In this document: positions 50,291 to 58,586 of the stretch, piece by piece
How the letters are laid out: each line of letters opens with the position of its first letter
Numbering within the stretch: the first letter of the stretch is position 1
Source: a virus
DNA length: 64,000 bases
Direction: 5' to 3' (one strand)
Virus record (IMG/VR): IMGVR_UViG_3300046007_009781
Span: 3,400-67,399 of that record
Position numbers and translations under genes: made by a program
Notes under the pieces: model-generated
What the model saw: the letters and a program-made list of their open reading frames with translations, nothing else
What the model was told of the DNA's origin: nothing
Database searches by the model: none

Positions 50291-51166
50291 ATTAAACACA
50301 ATTACTTAAACAATAAGGATATATTAAAAGAAATACATAAAAGTAAAAATTCATATTGTTCTTATGTGGACGAAGATGCAAAAGATTACGATTTAATTCT
50401 GCCAGACGTTAGCAAAATCAATAAGAAAAACATTCTGGAAGGAAGAAAAGCAAGGGCAGAAAGACTGTCTAAATTGGCTTTTGATCAAGCAGTGCTTGAA
50501 ACAGGTGAAAAACAAAAACTAGAAAATTTCGAAATTAAGTATACCAAAATTCCCGCAACTGATGTAGTTTTTCGAGTAATGACTTGGGATCATGTACCAA
50601 TTGATGATGTAAAAACACAAAAAGCCAAAGACGCTGCCAGAGAACTAATCGAAGAAGATGAAACTGCACTTACCGAATATGATTTTGAAGATCCTAAACA
50701 TAACAAATATGTTAAAGTAAATTTTCCGCCGTTTTTTCATTATAGAATTGATGATAAAGGTAATCCATATATAGTTGGCAAAAGCCATTGGAAAGGACCT
50801 ATTGATTCTGGACATTTTAGTAAAGATCATGGCACAATGACTTCAAAGTTGGCCTTGATGTTTATGAAATTATGTGAACGCTATGCTACCAGAAGTAACT
50901 GGCGCGGATATACTTACAACGACGAAATGCGTAGCCAAGCACTGCTACAGCTCAGTCAAATTGGTTTACAATTCGACGAAAGCAAAAGTCAAAATCCATT
51001 TGCTTATTATACTGCTGCTATCACTAACAGCTTTACTAGAGTATTAAACATAGAGAAACGTAACCAAAATTTACGTGACGATATTCTAGAAATGAATAAT
51101 TTAAATCCAAGTTATACCCGACAAGGTATGACCGGAACCTATAAAAGTTATGACTCCGACGACTAA
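50291..51166 (+). CDS. gp55: Late-transcription sigma factor, gp55-like; start probably ATT at 50291 (ORF track starts at TTG 50252)
   Basis: HNYLNNKDIL, RSNWRGYTYNDEM, FDESKSQNPFAYYT; directly upstream of gp47/gp46 as in T4-like phages; GAGGAG at 50278-50283. Confidence 0.85.
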   Translation: MKHNYLNNKDILKEIHKSKNSYCSYVDEDAKDYDLILPDVSKINKKNILEGRKARAERLSKLAFDQAVLETGEKQKLENFEIKYTKIPATDVVFRVMTWDHVPIDDVKTQKAKDAARELIEEDETALTEYDFEDPKHNKYVKVNFPPFFHYRIDDKGNPYIVGKSHWKGPIDSGHFSKDHGTMTSKLALMFMKLCERYATRSNWRGYTYNDEMRSQALLQLSQIGLQFDESKSQNPFAYYTAAITNSFTRVLNIEKRNQNLRDDILEMNNLNPSYTRQGMTGTYKSYDSDD

Positions 51167-52064
51167 ATTTGTATTCACTCAAGATGTTGAAGGGGAAAGA
51201 ACATGGTTAGCTAGTCAGTACCCTGACCATGAAATATTAGAAACTATACACAGTGGCAAATGGTTTATCGACTATCCGATATCTAAAAAAAATTATCTAT
51301 TAGAAGTTGCTTACAGTGACGAATTTCACAATCTTGATTGGTCAACTGTTCCTGGACAAAAAATAAAAAGTGTATATTCCTCTAACGTGACTGATATTTT
51401 TTACGGAAATCACTGGCTTGATTCTGACAGTTTTATAAATCGATCAAATTTTTCTTGCGTGAAAAAAAGTAACAAATTTTTAGTTTTAAATATACCCAGA
51501 TCAGGAACTGCATTTTGCGAAAGTATTTTGTCAAAAAAATTAGAAAAATTTGCTGTTCATCAATCGGTGGCTGATACCGAAACATCTATTAAATTAGCAG
51601 AAACCATTAAGCACCACAAACTTTCCATTTTTTTACCTTATAGAAAAGATTTGTGGGGATGGTTCACAAGTTTTTGTTTTATGAAAAATTACATCTTTCA
51701 TTGGAATACATTTAATCCCAGTGAACATAATAAAAAAATCTTTGTTACTGAACAAGATTTCGCAAATGCGGAAAATTTGTTAATTTCAACATGGAATTTT
51801 TGGTGTAATTTAAAATGTTTTATCCCCGACCTGGACTGCTATCTATTAGAATTTAGCAATATGATAAACAAATATAGTCATTTAACAGGTCATAAAGAAA
51901 TACCTTATAACAAAAAAGAGTTAATTATAAACTATGGTGAATTAAAAACTTGCTACGAACAGGAATATCAAAAACGATGGGAAGCATTGACAAATAAAGG
52001 TATAGCTCATTTGACTAACATGCACTGCAAAACTGACTTGGATGATCTTGACTTATCCAAATAA
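51150..52064 (+). CDS. Sulfotransferase-like protein
   Basis: VLNIPRSGTAF (5'-PSB) and PYRKDLWGWFTSF. Confidence 0.5.
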   Translation: MTPTTKFVFTQDVEGERTWLASQYPDHEILETIHSGKWFIDYPISKKNYLLEVAYSDEFHNLDWSTVPGQKIKSVYSSNVTDIFYGNHWLDSDSFINRSNFSCVKKSNKFLVLNIPRSGTAFCESILSKKLEKFAVHQSVADTETSIKLAETIKHHKLSIFLPYRKDLWGWFTSFCFMKNYIFHWNTFNPSEHNKKIFVTEQDFANAENLLISTWNFWCNLKCFIPDLDCYLLEFSNMINKYSHLTGHKEIPYNKKELIINYGELKTCYEQEYQKRWEALTNKGIAHLTNMHCKTDLDDLDLSK

Positions 52065-52075
52065 TAGTATAAAAT
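52048..52075 (+). promoter_or_regulatory. Possible sigma70-type promoter for gp47
   Basis: TTGACT-N16-TAAAAT just upstream of ATG 52082. Confidence 0.4.
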
Positions 52076-52081
52076 ATAAAG

Positions 52082-53098
52082 ATGCAAAATCTATTTAAAA
52101 AAGCAGCATTGTTCACTGATATTCATTTTGGTCTAAAGTCAAACAGTCAACTTCATAATGAAGACTGTTTGAATTTTATTAAATGGGCCACTACCAAAGC
52201 TAGAGAGCAAGGATGCGAAACAGCCTTTTTCTTGGGCGATTGGCATAACAACCGTGCCAGTATCAACATTGTTACTCTGAATTATAGTCTAAGAGCATTG
52301 GAGCATTTAAATGCAAATTTTGATCGACTTTTCTTTATTCCTGGGAACCATGATTTGTATTATCGGGATAAACGTGATATCCAAAGTGTGGAATGGGCAC
52401 GGCACCTCCCTAATGTCAAAATCGTCAACGATTGGTTTAGCAGCGGCGATGTTGTTATTGCTCCTTGGCTGGTGGGGGATGATCACAAACGTATTCCAAA
52501 ATTAAAAGGCCGGTATATGTTTGGGCATTTTGAACTACCGCATTTTTATATGAATGCCATGGTACAGATGCCCGATCATGGTGAACTAAAAAGAGAAACG
52601 TTCGATCATTTCGATCATGTATTTACTGGGCACTTTCATAAAAGACAGACATACAAAAATATTACATATATAGGTAATTGCTTCCCGCATAATTATGCAG
52701 ATGCCGCCGATGATGATCGCGGGCTATGTATTTTAGAATGGGGTAAAGATCCTGTTTATCATGCATGGCCAGATCAACCTACTTATAGAGTATTGGGGCT
52801 TGGTGCTATTTTAAATCATGCAGACAGTATTCTTAAACCGGGCATGCATGTCCGAGTTAATATCGACATTAATATCAGTTACGAAGAAGCCACTTTTATT
52901 AAAGAAACATTTATTCAATCACATAAACTTCGTGAAATAACTCTTATACCACAAAAAAATATTGATGTATCCAATTATGAAATACAAGGCAATATAGAAT
53001 TTGAAAGTGTCGATAAAATAGTAACTAATCAATTGACTAGTATAAGCAGTGACCACTATAATAATAACCTCCTACTGGAAATTTACCGCAACTTATAA
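52082..53098 (+). CDS. gp47: Recombination nuclease subunit, gp47 (Mre11/SbcD-like)
   Basis: DIHFG, LGDW, PGNHD, GHFE, GHFH metallophosphoesterase motifs. Confidence 0.95.
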   Translation: MQNLFKKAALFTDIHFGLKSNSQLHNEDCLNFIKWATTKAREQGCETAFFLGDWHNNRASINIVTLNYSLRALEHLNANFDRLFFIPGNHDLYYRDKRDIQSVEWARHLPNVKIVNDWFSSGDVVIAPWLVGDDHKRIPKLKGRYMFGHFELPHFYMNAMVQMPDHGELKRETFDHFDHVFTGHFHKRQTYKNITYIGNCFPHNYADAADDDRGLCILEWGKDPVYHAWPDQPTYRVLGLGAILNHADSILKPGMHVRVNIDINISYEEATFIKETFIQSHKLREITLIPQKNIDVSNYEIQGNIEFESVDKIVTNQLTSISSDHYNNNLLLEIYRNL

Positions 53099-54870
53099 TG
53101 ATTACAATAAAGAATTTATCAGTAAAAAATTTTATGAGTGTAGGTAATGCTACACAGGCCATCAATTTTAATCGAAATGATTTAACTCTTGTGCTGGGCG
53201 AAAACTTAGACTTGGGAGGAGATGATAGTGGTGCACGTAATGGCACAGGTAAAACCACTATTATAAATGCTTTAAGTTATGCATTTTATGGACAAGCATT
53301 AACAAACATTAAAAAAGATAATTTAATCAATAAAACTAACGGAAAACACATGTTAGTTACTATTGATTTTGAAGTAGAAAATCAAAAATATAGAATAGAG
53401 CGTGGAAGAAAACCCAACGTTCTTAAATTTTTTATAAATGATAGTGAACTTGAAACCAAAGATGATAACAGTCAGGGCGACAGCCGAGAAACTCAACACG
53501 AAATAGAAAGACTGTTACAAATGAGTCACGATATGTTCAAACATGTCGTTGCACTTAATACGTACACTGAACCATTTTTAAATCTCAAAGCAAATGATCA
53601 AAGATTAATCATTGAGCAATTGTTAGGTATTACTTTACTAAGTGAAAAATCTGAAGCATTAAAAGAACAAATTAAAATCACTAAAGATTCTATTCAACAA
53701 GAAGAATTCAGAATCAAAGCAGTTCAAGATGCCAATAAACGAATACAAGATCAAATCGACAGTTTGACTAGAAGACAAACTTTATGGCAACAAAAAAAGA
53801 ACAAAGATGTTGCAGATTTACAGGCAGCATACAATCAACTGGCCGAATTGGATATCGAAGCCGAATTATCTGCTCATCAAAAATTATCCGAACACAAAAC
53901 GAAATCACAAAAAATTAATGAACTTAAAAAGTTAATTAAACAATGTGAAACTGATGAGATCAAAGAATTAAAACTAATAGAACAACTTAAAAAAGAAATT
54001 GATAGTTTAAAAAATCATACTTGCCATACTTGTGGTCAAGGATTTCACGATGCTCGTCAGGAAAACTTGTTAAAAGAAAAACAACAATTACTTCAAGAAA
54101 CTGCACTACAGGCATTAGCAACTAATACTCAATATATAGAAAACACAGGTGCATTGGCTGCTCTTGGAGAATTAGAATCGCAGCCTGTGACATTTTACAC
54201 CAGCGAAGCTGATGCCTTCGAGCATCGTGTAAGCATGGCTACAGTATTAACTCAACTTACAGCTAAACAAGTAGAAGAAGATCCTTACAGTGATCAAATC
54301 AAGGACATGCAGTCACATGCGTTAGTTGATGTTACGTATGATACGATAAATGAACTAACTAATCTAAAGGACCACCAAGAATTTTTGCTAAAATTACTAA
54401 CTAACAAAGACAGTTTTATTAGAAAAAAAATAATTGATCAAAACTTGAATCACCTAAATGCTAGACTAAGTTATTATCTAGATAAAATTGGATTGCCACA
54501 TACTGTTAAGTTTATGAATGATTTGACTGTCAGCATAGAAGAACTAGGTCGAGAGTTAGATTTCGATAATCTAAGCCGGGGAGAAAGAAACAGACTTATA
54601 TTAAGTTTGAGCTGGGCGTTTAGAGATGTATGGGAAAGTCTGTATAATAAAATTAATTTACTGTTTATAGATGAGTTAGTAGATAGTGGAATGGATAGCT
54701 CGGGTGTCGAAAACAGTCTTGCAATTTTGAAAAAAATGAGTAGGGAAGGTAACAGAAGTGTTTGGTTAGTAAGTCATAAAGACGAATTAGCCGGCAGAGT
54801 CAATAATATTTTAACAGTAATTAAAGAGAATGGATTCACAAGTTATAACACTGATGTAGATGTGGTGTAA
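53098..54870 (+). CDS. gp46: Recombination ATPase subunit, gp46 (Rad50/SbcC-like)
   Basis: NFMSVGN, NGTGKT, coiled coil with CHTC zinc hook, LSRGE, FIDE, SH. Confidence 0.95.
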   Translation: MITIKNLSVKNFMSVGNATQAINFNRNDLTLVLGENLDLGGDDSGARNGTGKTTIINALSYAFYGQALTNIKKDNLINKTNGKHMLVTIDFEVENQKYRIERGRKPNVLKFFINDSELETKDDNSQGDSRETQHEIERLLQMSHDMFKHVVALNTYTEPFLNLKANDQRLIIEQLLGITLLSEKSEALKEQIKITKDSIQQEEFRIKAVQDANKRIQDQIDSLTRRQTLWQQKKNKDVADLQAAYNQLAELDIEAELSAHQKLSEHKTKSQKINELKKLIKQCETDEIKELKLIEQLKKEIDSLKNHTCHTCGQGFHDARQENLLKEKQQLLQETALQALATNTQYIENTGALAALGELESQPVTFYTSEADAFEHRVSMATVLTQLTAKQVEEDPYSDQIKDMQSHALVDVTYDTINELTNLKDHQEFLLKLLTNKDSFIRKKIIDQNLNHLNARLSYYLDKIGLPHTVKFMNDLTVSIEELGRELDFDNLSRGERNRLILSLSWAFRDVWESLYNKINLLFIDELVDSGMDSSGVENSLAILKKMSREGNRSVWLVSHKDELAGRVNNILTVIKENGFTSYNTDVDVV

Positions 54871-56578
54871 AATGAAATTTGGTTTAGACTACATATCAGA
54901 ATATCAAATTGAACTTACGACATACTGTAATGCTGCTTGTCCTCAATGTCCTAGAAATATTAATGGAGGGAAGATAAATCCTCACTTGAAATTAGAACAT
55001 CTTTCAAGAAACATTATAGATAAAACATTTCCTGCTTTATTATGTAATAAATTGTCACAGATTTTCTTTTGCGGAAGTTACGGAGATCCCGTAATGCATC
55101 CAGATTTTTTGGATATATTATGGGACTTTAGACAGAAAGCACCAAAGCTTTGGTTATATACACATACAAATGGCAGTGTACAAAATAAAGATTATTGGAA
55201 AGAAGTTGCGTATATTTTAAATGGATTCGGTCAAGTCGATTTCAATATTGACGGGCTAGCAGATACTAATTCTGTGTATAGAAGAAATACAGATTTTAAT
55301 AAAATCATCGACAATGCCACGGCTTTTATAAGTGCAGGTGGCCGTGCAGTTTGGAATTTTATTGTTTTTGAACATAATCAGCATCAACTTGAAGAAGCAA
55401 GAGCTTTAAGCAAACAACTAGGTTTTACCAATTTTACTTTTCGAAACACGGGAAGATTTTTAAATCATAAAACTATGGACACATTCACAGAATGGCCCGT
55501 ACTAGATCGTCAAGGTACAAAAATTTATAGTATAAAACCAACAACATCCATGTACAGAAACAAAAGTATTGAAAGATTGCCTGAGTTAAAAAAAGAATTT
55601 TCGGACATGAAAGAATATTTTAGGACCGTAGAAATAAATTGCGATAGCTTGCATAATAAAAGAGTGGCTATAAATGCTCACGGTTTAGTCTTGCCGTGTA
55701 ATATGTTAAATCATAATCTATACGACGCTAGATTTTATGATGATACAATTATGCCCTGTAGTAACGAATTAAGTACGGTTAATGGTTCAAATCAAGTAAA
55801 AGATTTTATCAATAAACATGACCCTAGTAGCTTAAACATATATAATAACTCACTTGAAAATGTATTCAAAAGTGCATTTTGGACTCAGTTAACAGAAAGC
55901 TGGCAGAAAAATACATTTCCAGAAAGACTTTTTGAATGTGCAATGACTTGTGGGAAACAGTTCACTAAAGTTTGGGATCAAACAAAAATGACTACAAAAT
56001 ATTTGGTAACAGGTGGCAACCGAGGTTTAGGTTTAGCTTTGGTAAAACATACCAACGGTAAAAGCATTAGTAGGTCAGATAATTTTGATATTACAAAAGA
56101 TGTTGAAAAAATTGTATCTTTAAGCTTAGAATATGATGTCTTTATAAACAATGCATTTGATGGTCCTCCTCACGAAGATTGGGCAAACTTCGCACAAGTA
56201 AATTTATATATGGCTCTATATGATGCATGGTCTAAACATAATAAAAAAGGGTGGATAGTTAATATAGGCAGTGTAGGAGAAAAACATATTGTTTCACCCG
56301 AACCAAGATTTGAGACTTATCGAATAAGTAAAGCTGCATTAGCCCATGCTAGCAAACAAGGCACCCAAGCATTTAAAATGAATAAGGTTCCATTTAAAAC
56401 CACTTTGATTACATTGGACAGATTAGACACAGAATTAACTAGAAGTAGACCGAACTATACGAATAATGCAATTAGTCTGCTGGACATTGCAAAATTCCTA
56501 GATTATGGTGCAAGTATTCATTCTAATACTGTAATAGAAGAAATAGTATTTTATTGCAATTTCGACTTTAAGGCATAA
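54860..56578 (+). CDS. Radical SAM/SPASM-twitch protein fused to a C-terminal short-chain dehydrogenase domain; ATG 54872 is the likely start
   Basis: CNAACPQC, GSYGDP, HTNG, IDG, C-terminal Cys (LPC, CAMTC), then TGGNRGLG, INNA, NIGS, YRISK. Confidence 0.85.
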   Translation: MWCKMKFGLDYISEYQIELTTYCNAACPQCPRNINGGKINPHLKLEHLSRNIIDKTFPALLCNKLSQIFFCGSYGDPVMHPDFLDILWDFRQKAPKLWLYTHTNGSVQNKDYWKEVAYILNGFGQVDFNIDGLADTNSVYRRNTDFNKIIDNATAFISAGGRAVWNFIVFEHNQHQLEEARALSKQLGFTNFTFRNTGRFLNHKTMDTFTEWPVLDRQGTKIYSIKPTTSMYRNKSIERLPELKKEFSDMKEYFRTVEINCDSLHNKRVAINAHGLVLPCNMLNHNLYDARFYDDTIMPCSNELSTVNGSNQVKDFINKHDPSSLNIYNNSLENVFKSAFWTQLTESWQKNTFPERLFECAMTCGKQFTKVWDQTKMTTKYLVTGGNRGLGLALVKHTNGKSISRSDNFDITKDVEKIVSLSLEYDVFINNAFDGPPHEDWANFAQVNLYMALYDAWSKHNKKGWIVNIGSVGEKHIVSPEPRFETYRISKAALAHASKQGTQAFKMNKVPFKTTLITLDRLDTELTRSRPNYTNNAISLLDIAKFLDYGASIHSNTVIEEIVFYCNFDFKA

Positions 56579-56608
56579 CTATTAAGGCACATATAAAATT
56601 AACAACTC

Positions 56609-57037
56609 ATGACTTGGCTGTTCGAAAACTCTGCAATTGAAACCTTACCGGAAGATTGTGTAGGATTCGTATACCAAATTACTAATCTCATAACAAATCG
56701 AAAATACATAGGCAAAAAACTCTCAAAATTTAGCAAAACTCAAATTAAAACAGTAAAATTAAAAAACGGAAATAAACGCAAAAAGAAAATTCGCTCAAAA
56801 ATCGATAGTGATTGGAGAGATTATTATGGTAGTAGTCCCGAACTTCTTAAAGATATAGAAACTTTAGGCAAAGAAAATTTTAAACGAGAAATACTTTTTT
56901 ACTGTAAATCTAAGGCAGAATGCAGTTATATCGAAGCAAGAGAACAATTCTCTAGACGAGTGTTAGAATCTTCAGATTATTATAACGGCATTATTAACTG
57001 TCGCATTCATGGCTCCCACATTTTAAACAAACTTTAA
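56609..57037 (+). CDS. Small stand-alone GIY-YIG nuclease-family protein
   Basis: GFVYQITN..RKYIGKK, YYGSS, FKREIL, E..Q, YYN; no C-terminal DNA-binding extension. Confidence 0.8.
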   Translation: MTWLFENSAIETLPEDCVGFVYQITNLITNRKYIGKKLSKFSKTQIKTVKLKNGNKRKKKIRSKIDSDWRDYYGSSPELLKDIETLGKENFKREILFYCKSKAECSYIEAREQFSRRVLESSDYYNGIINCRIHGSHILNKL

Positions 57038-57459
57038 GGCAAAATCAGGCAGTAAAGGCTAGCACAGGCCAATTTCGTGTGCTCTATACCTGGACTTTTG
57101 ATCACAGGGATGGAAGTCTTGCCGCGCCAGCAAGCACTCAATCACTATCCTTTACAGGACGAAGATCGCAAAATGCCGCGGTTTGATTGTTTGAACAGGT
57201 TAATTTAAGGCAAAAAGACGTTGCAGTGATGTGACACGTATTGTGAGTAGGCTAGCATCTACACTCAATACCGCCGTTGTTATAAAGACTGGGATGGAGG
57301 TACCGGACAACCGCCTCTGTGAAATACCCTAATGCTAGTGGCTGTGCTACTCGGATGAAGCTAACTTTGCCCTGTACGGGCAAAGAGTGACTGATTAATC
57401 TGGATGAAATTACGTCGCTTGAGCGTATGCGATAAGCGACAGATGTGCGCAGCACATCT
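57038..57459 (+). ncRNA. Candidate large structured non-coding RNA (family not recognised; strand inferred from the upstream gene)
   Basis: The only long gap in a gene-dense window, visibly more GC-rich. Long-range stem 57060-67/57342-49, stem 57139-44/57184-89, hairpins 57118-34, 57148-59, 57365-85, 57414-40, 57441-59. Confidence 0.6.
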
Positions 57460-57677
57460 TAAAAGAATGGCATACGTGTTTCGTTTGTTACTTCGATGTT
57501 TTCTTCTATTATTTTTTCGATTAGTTGTCGATCATGAAACCCCAATTCAAACATTTCATTCAATGAAATACCTCCCCGCATGTACCAACAAAGTTTGAAT
57601 ATGTGTTTTTTTAAGGCTTTTGAATCCCGTTCCATTGAATCTAAATAATCAACTACTTCGTCATAATTTAGATTCAA
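57459..57677 (-). CDS. gp51-like baseplate/tail assembly protein; possibly the -1 frameshift extension of the upstream gene
   Basis: LCWYMRGGISLNEMFEL..DRQLI; lies in the -1 frame after T TTT TTC at 57689-57695. Confidence 0.65.
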   Translation of the reverse strand: MNLNYDEVVDYLDSMERDSKALKKHIFKLCWYMRGGISLNEMFELGFHDRQLIEKIIEENIEVTNETRMPFF

Positions 57678-57682
57678 AAGCC

Positions 57683-58531
57683 TTAGACGAAAAAATTTGA
57701 CATTTCAAAAACTAATGGACTTGTAAATTCTTTCCCGCAATCTTTATGCTCACACGTTAAAGGGATATTTTTTAAGGGACTTTGCTCCGCAATACTTTCT
57801 AATTTGTTTCTAATAGATTCCCAAATTTTCTTGTTGCAATTTCTTAGAAATTCATCTATAAATTCTTTGTTTTGTACTAAGGTGCCGTCATTGGTTTTTA
57901 TAGCAGTTATACTTGAGCTTACAGTTTGGATAGTTAATTCAAGCATCTGCTTTAAGATAGCATCAACTTGATGAAGTTTTTCCATCTCGGGTATCTTTTG
58001 ATCATCGATTACTTTTAAGAGCTTTTGACTTTCAAATTTTTGAATATTAACATAATTCAACTGTTTGAAATTCTGTGGTTGTAGGAATAATTCGAGATCT
58101 TCAATGATTAATGATTCATCGAATTTTGGATCATATAGTTGATCTTGCAAAATTTGTAAATTTAAAGTGTTTTCGTTTTTTCTCTTACAGTGCGGGCATA
58201 CAGTGACAAAATCCATGGCATTACCGTATGTGGCTCTACGTATACCAATCAATAAATAATCCAAATCTACTACTGGAACAGCCCACGCATTTTTAATATT
58301 TGGCACACAACTATGAATTAAATCAACTGTGGTTTGTCCGCTTAATAATGCATCCGGACTCTGCATGGATAATTCATCCTTTGCAGTCATTGAATAGACA
58401 GGTAACTCTTTAGTAATAGGCATATCAATCGAACCTTGAACATACCATTGTCCTTTACTGGGAAGTTTAATATAAAGTTGAGGTTGTCTAAAATATTTTA
58501 CAAGAGGATTAGAATTATTGCTTTGACTCAT
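57683..58531 (-). CDS. gp26: Baseplate hub assembly protein/chaperone, gp26-like
   Basis: YIKLPSKG, MTAKDEL, DLDYLLIGIRRATYG, CPHC, second Cys pair, C-terminal NFF. Confidence 0.75.
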   Translation of the reverse strand: MSQSNNSNPLVKYFRQPQLYIKLPSKGQWYVQGSIDMPITKELPVYSMTAKDELSMQSPDALLSGQTTVDLIHSCVPNIKNAWAVPVVDLDYLLIGIRRATYGNAMDFVTVCPHCKRKNENTLNLQILQDQLYDPKFDESLIIEDLELFLQPQNFKQLNYVNIQKFESQKLLKVIDDQKIPEMEKLHQVDAILKQMLELTIQTVSSSITAIKTNDGTLVQNKEFIDEFLRNCNKKIWESIRNKLESIAEQSPLKNIPLTCEHKDCGKEFTSPLVFEMSNFFV

Positions 58532-58541
58532 ATATTTTTCC

Positions 58542-58562
58542 GATAAATATTTTATATTTAAT
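58542..58562. promoter_or_regulatory. Divergent pair of late promoter boxes (GATAAATA on +, ATTAAATA on -)
   Basis: Both lie in the 55-nt gap between the divergent genes 58531(-) and 58587(+). Confidence 0.55.
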
Positions 58563-58586
58563 GGATAGTAAAAAAGGTACTAAAAA

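Noticed and set aside
56609-57037. Classical intron-encoded or Seg-type homing endonuclease
   Set aside because: No interrupted gene flanks it, and it lacks the C-terminal DNA-binding domains of I-TevI/Seg proteins.
57038-57459. tRNA, tmRNA, RNase P RNA, group I intron or hammerhead ribozyme
   Set aside because: No T-loop/CCA end, no RNase P P4 pair, no recognisable P7 elements or interrupted host gene, no CUGANGA/GAAA core. Left as an unassigned structured element.
57252-57598. ORFs 57252..57455(-) and 57404..57598(+) as real genes
   Set aside because: Atypical composition, no RBS or recognisable motifs, and they overlap the hairpin region or run antisense to the gp51-like gene.
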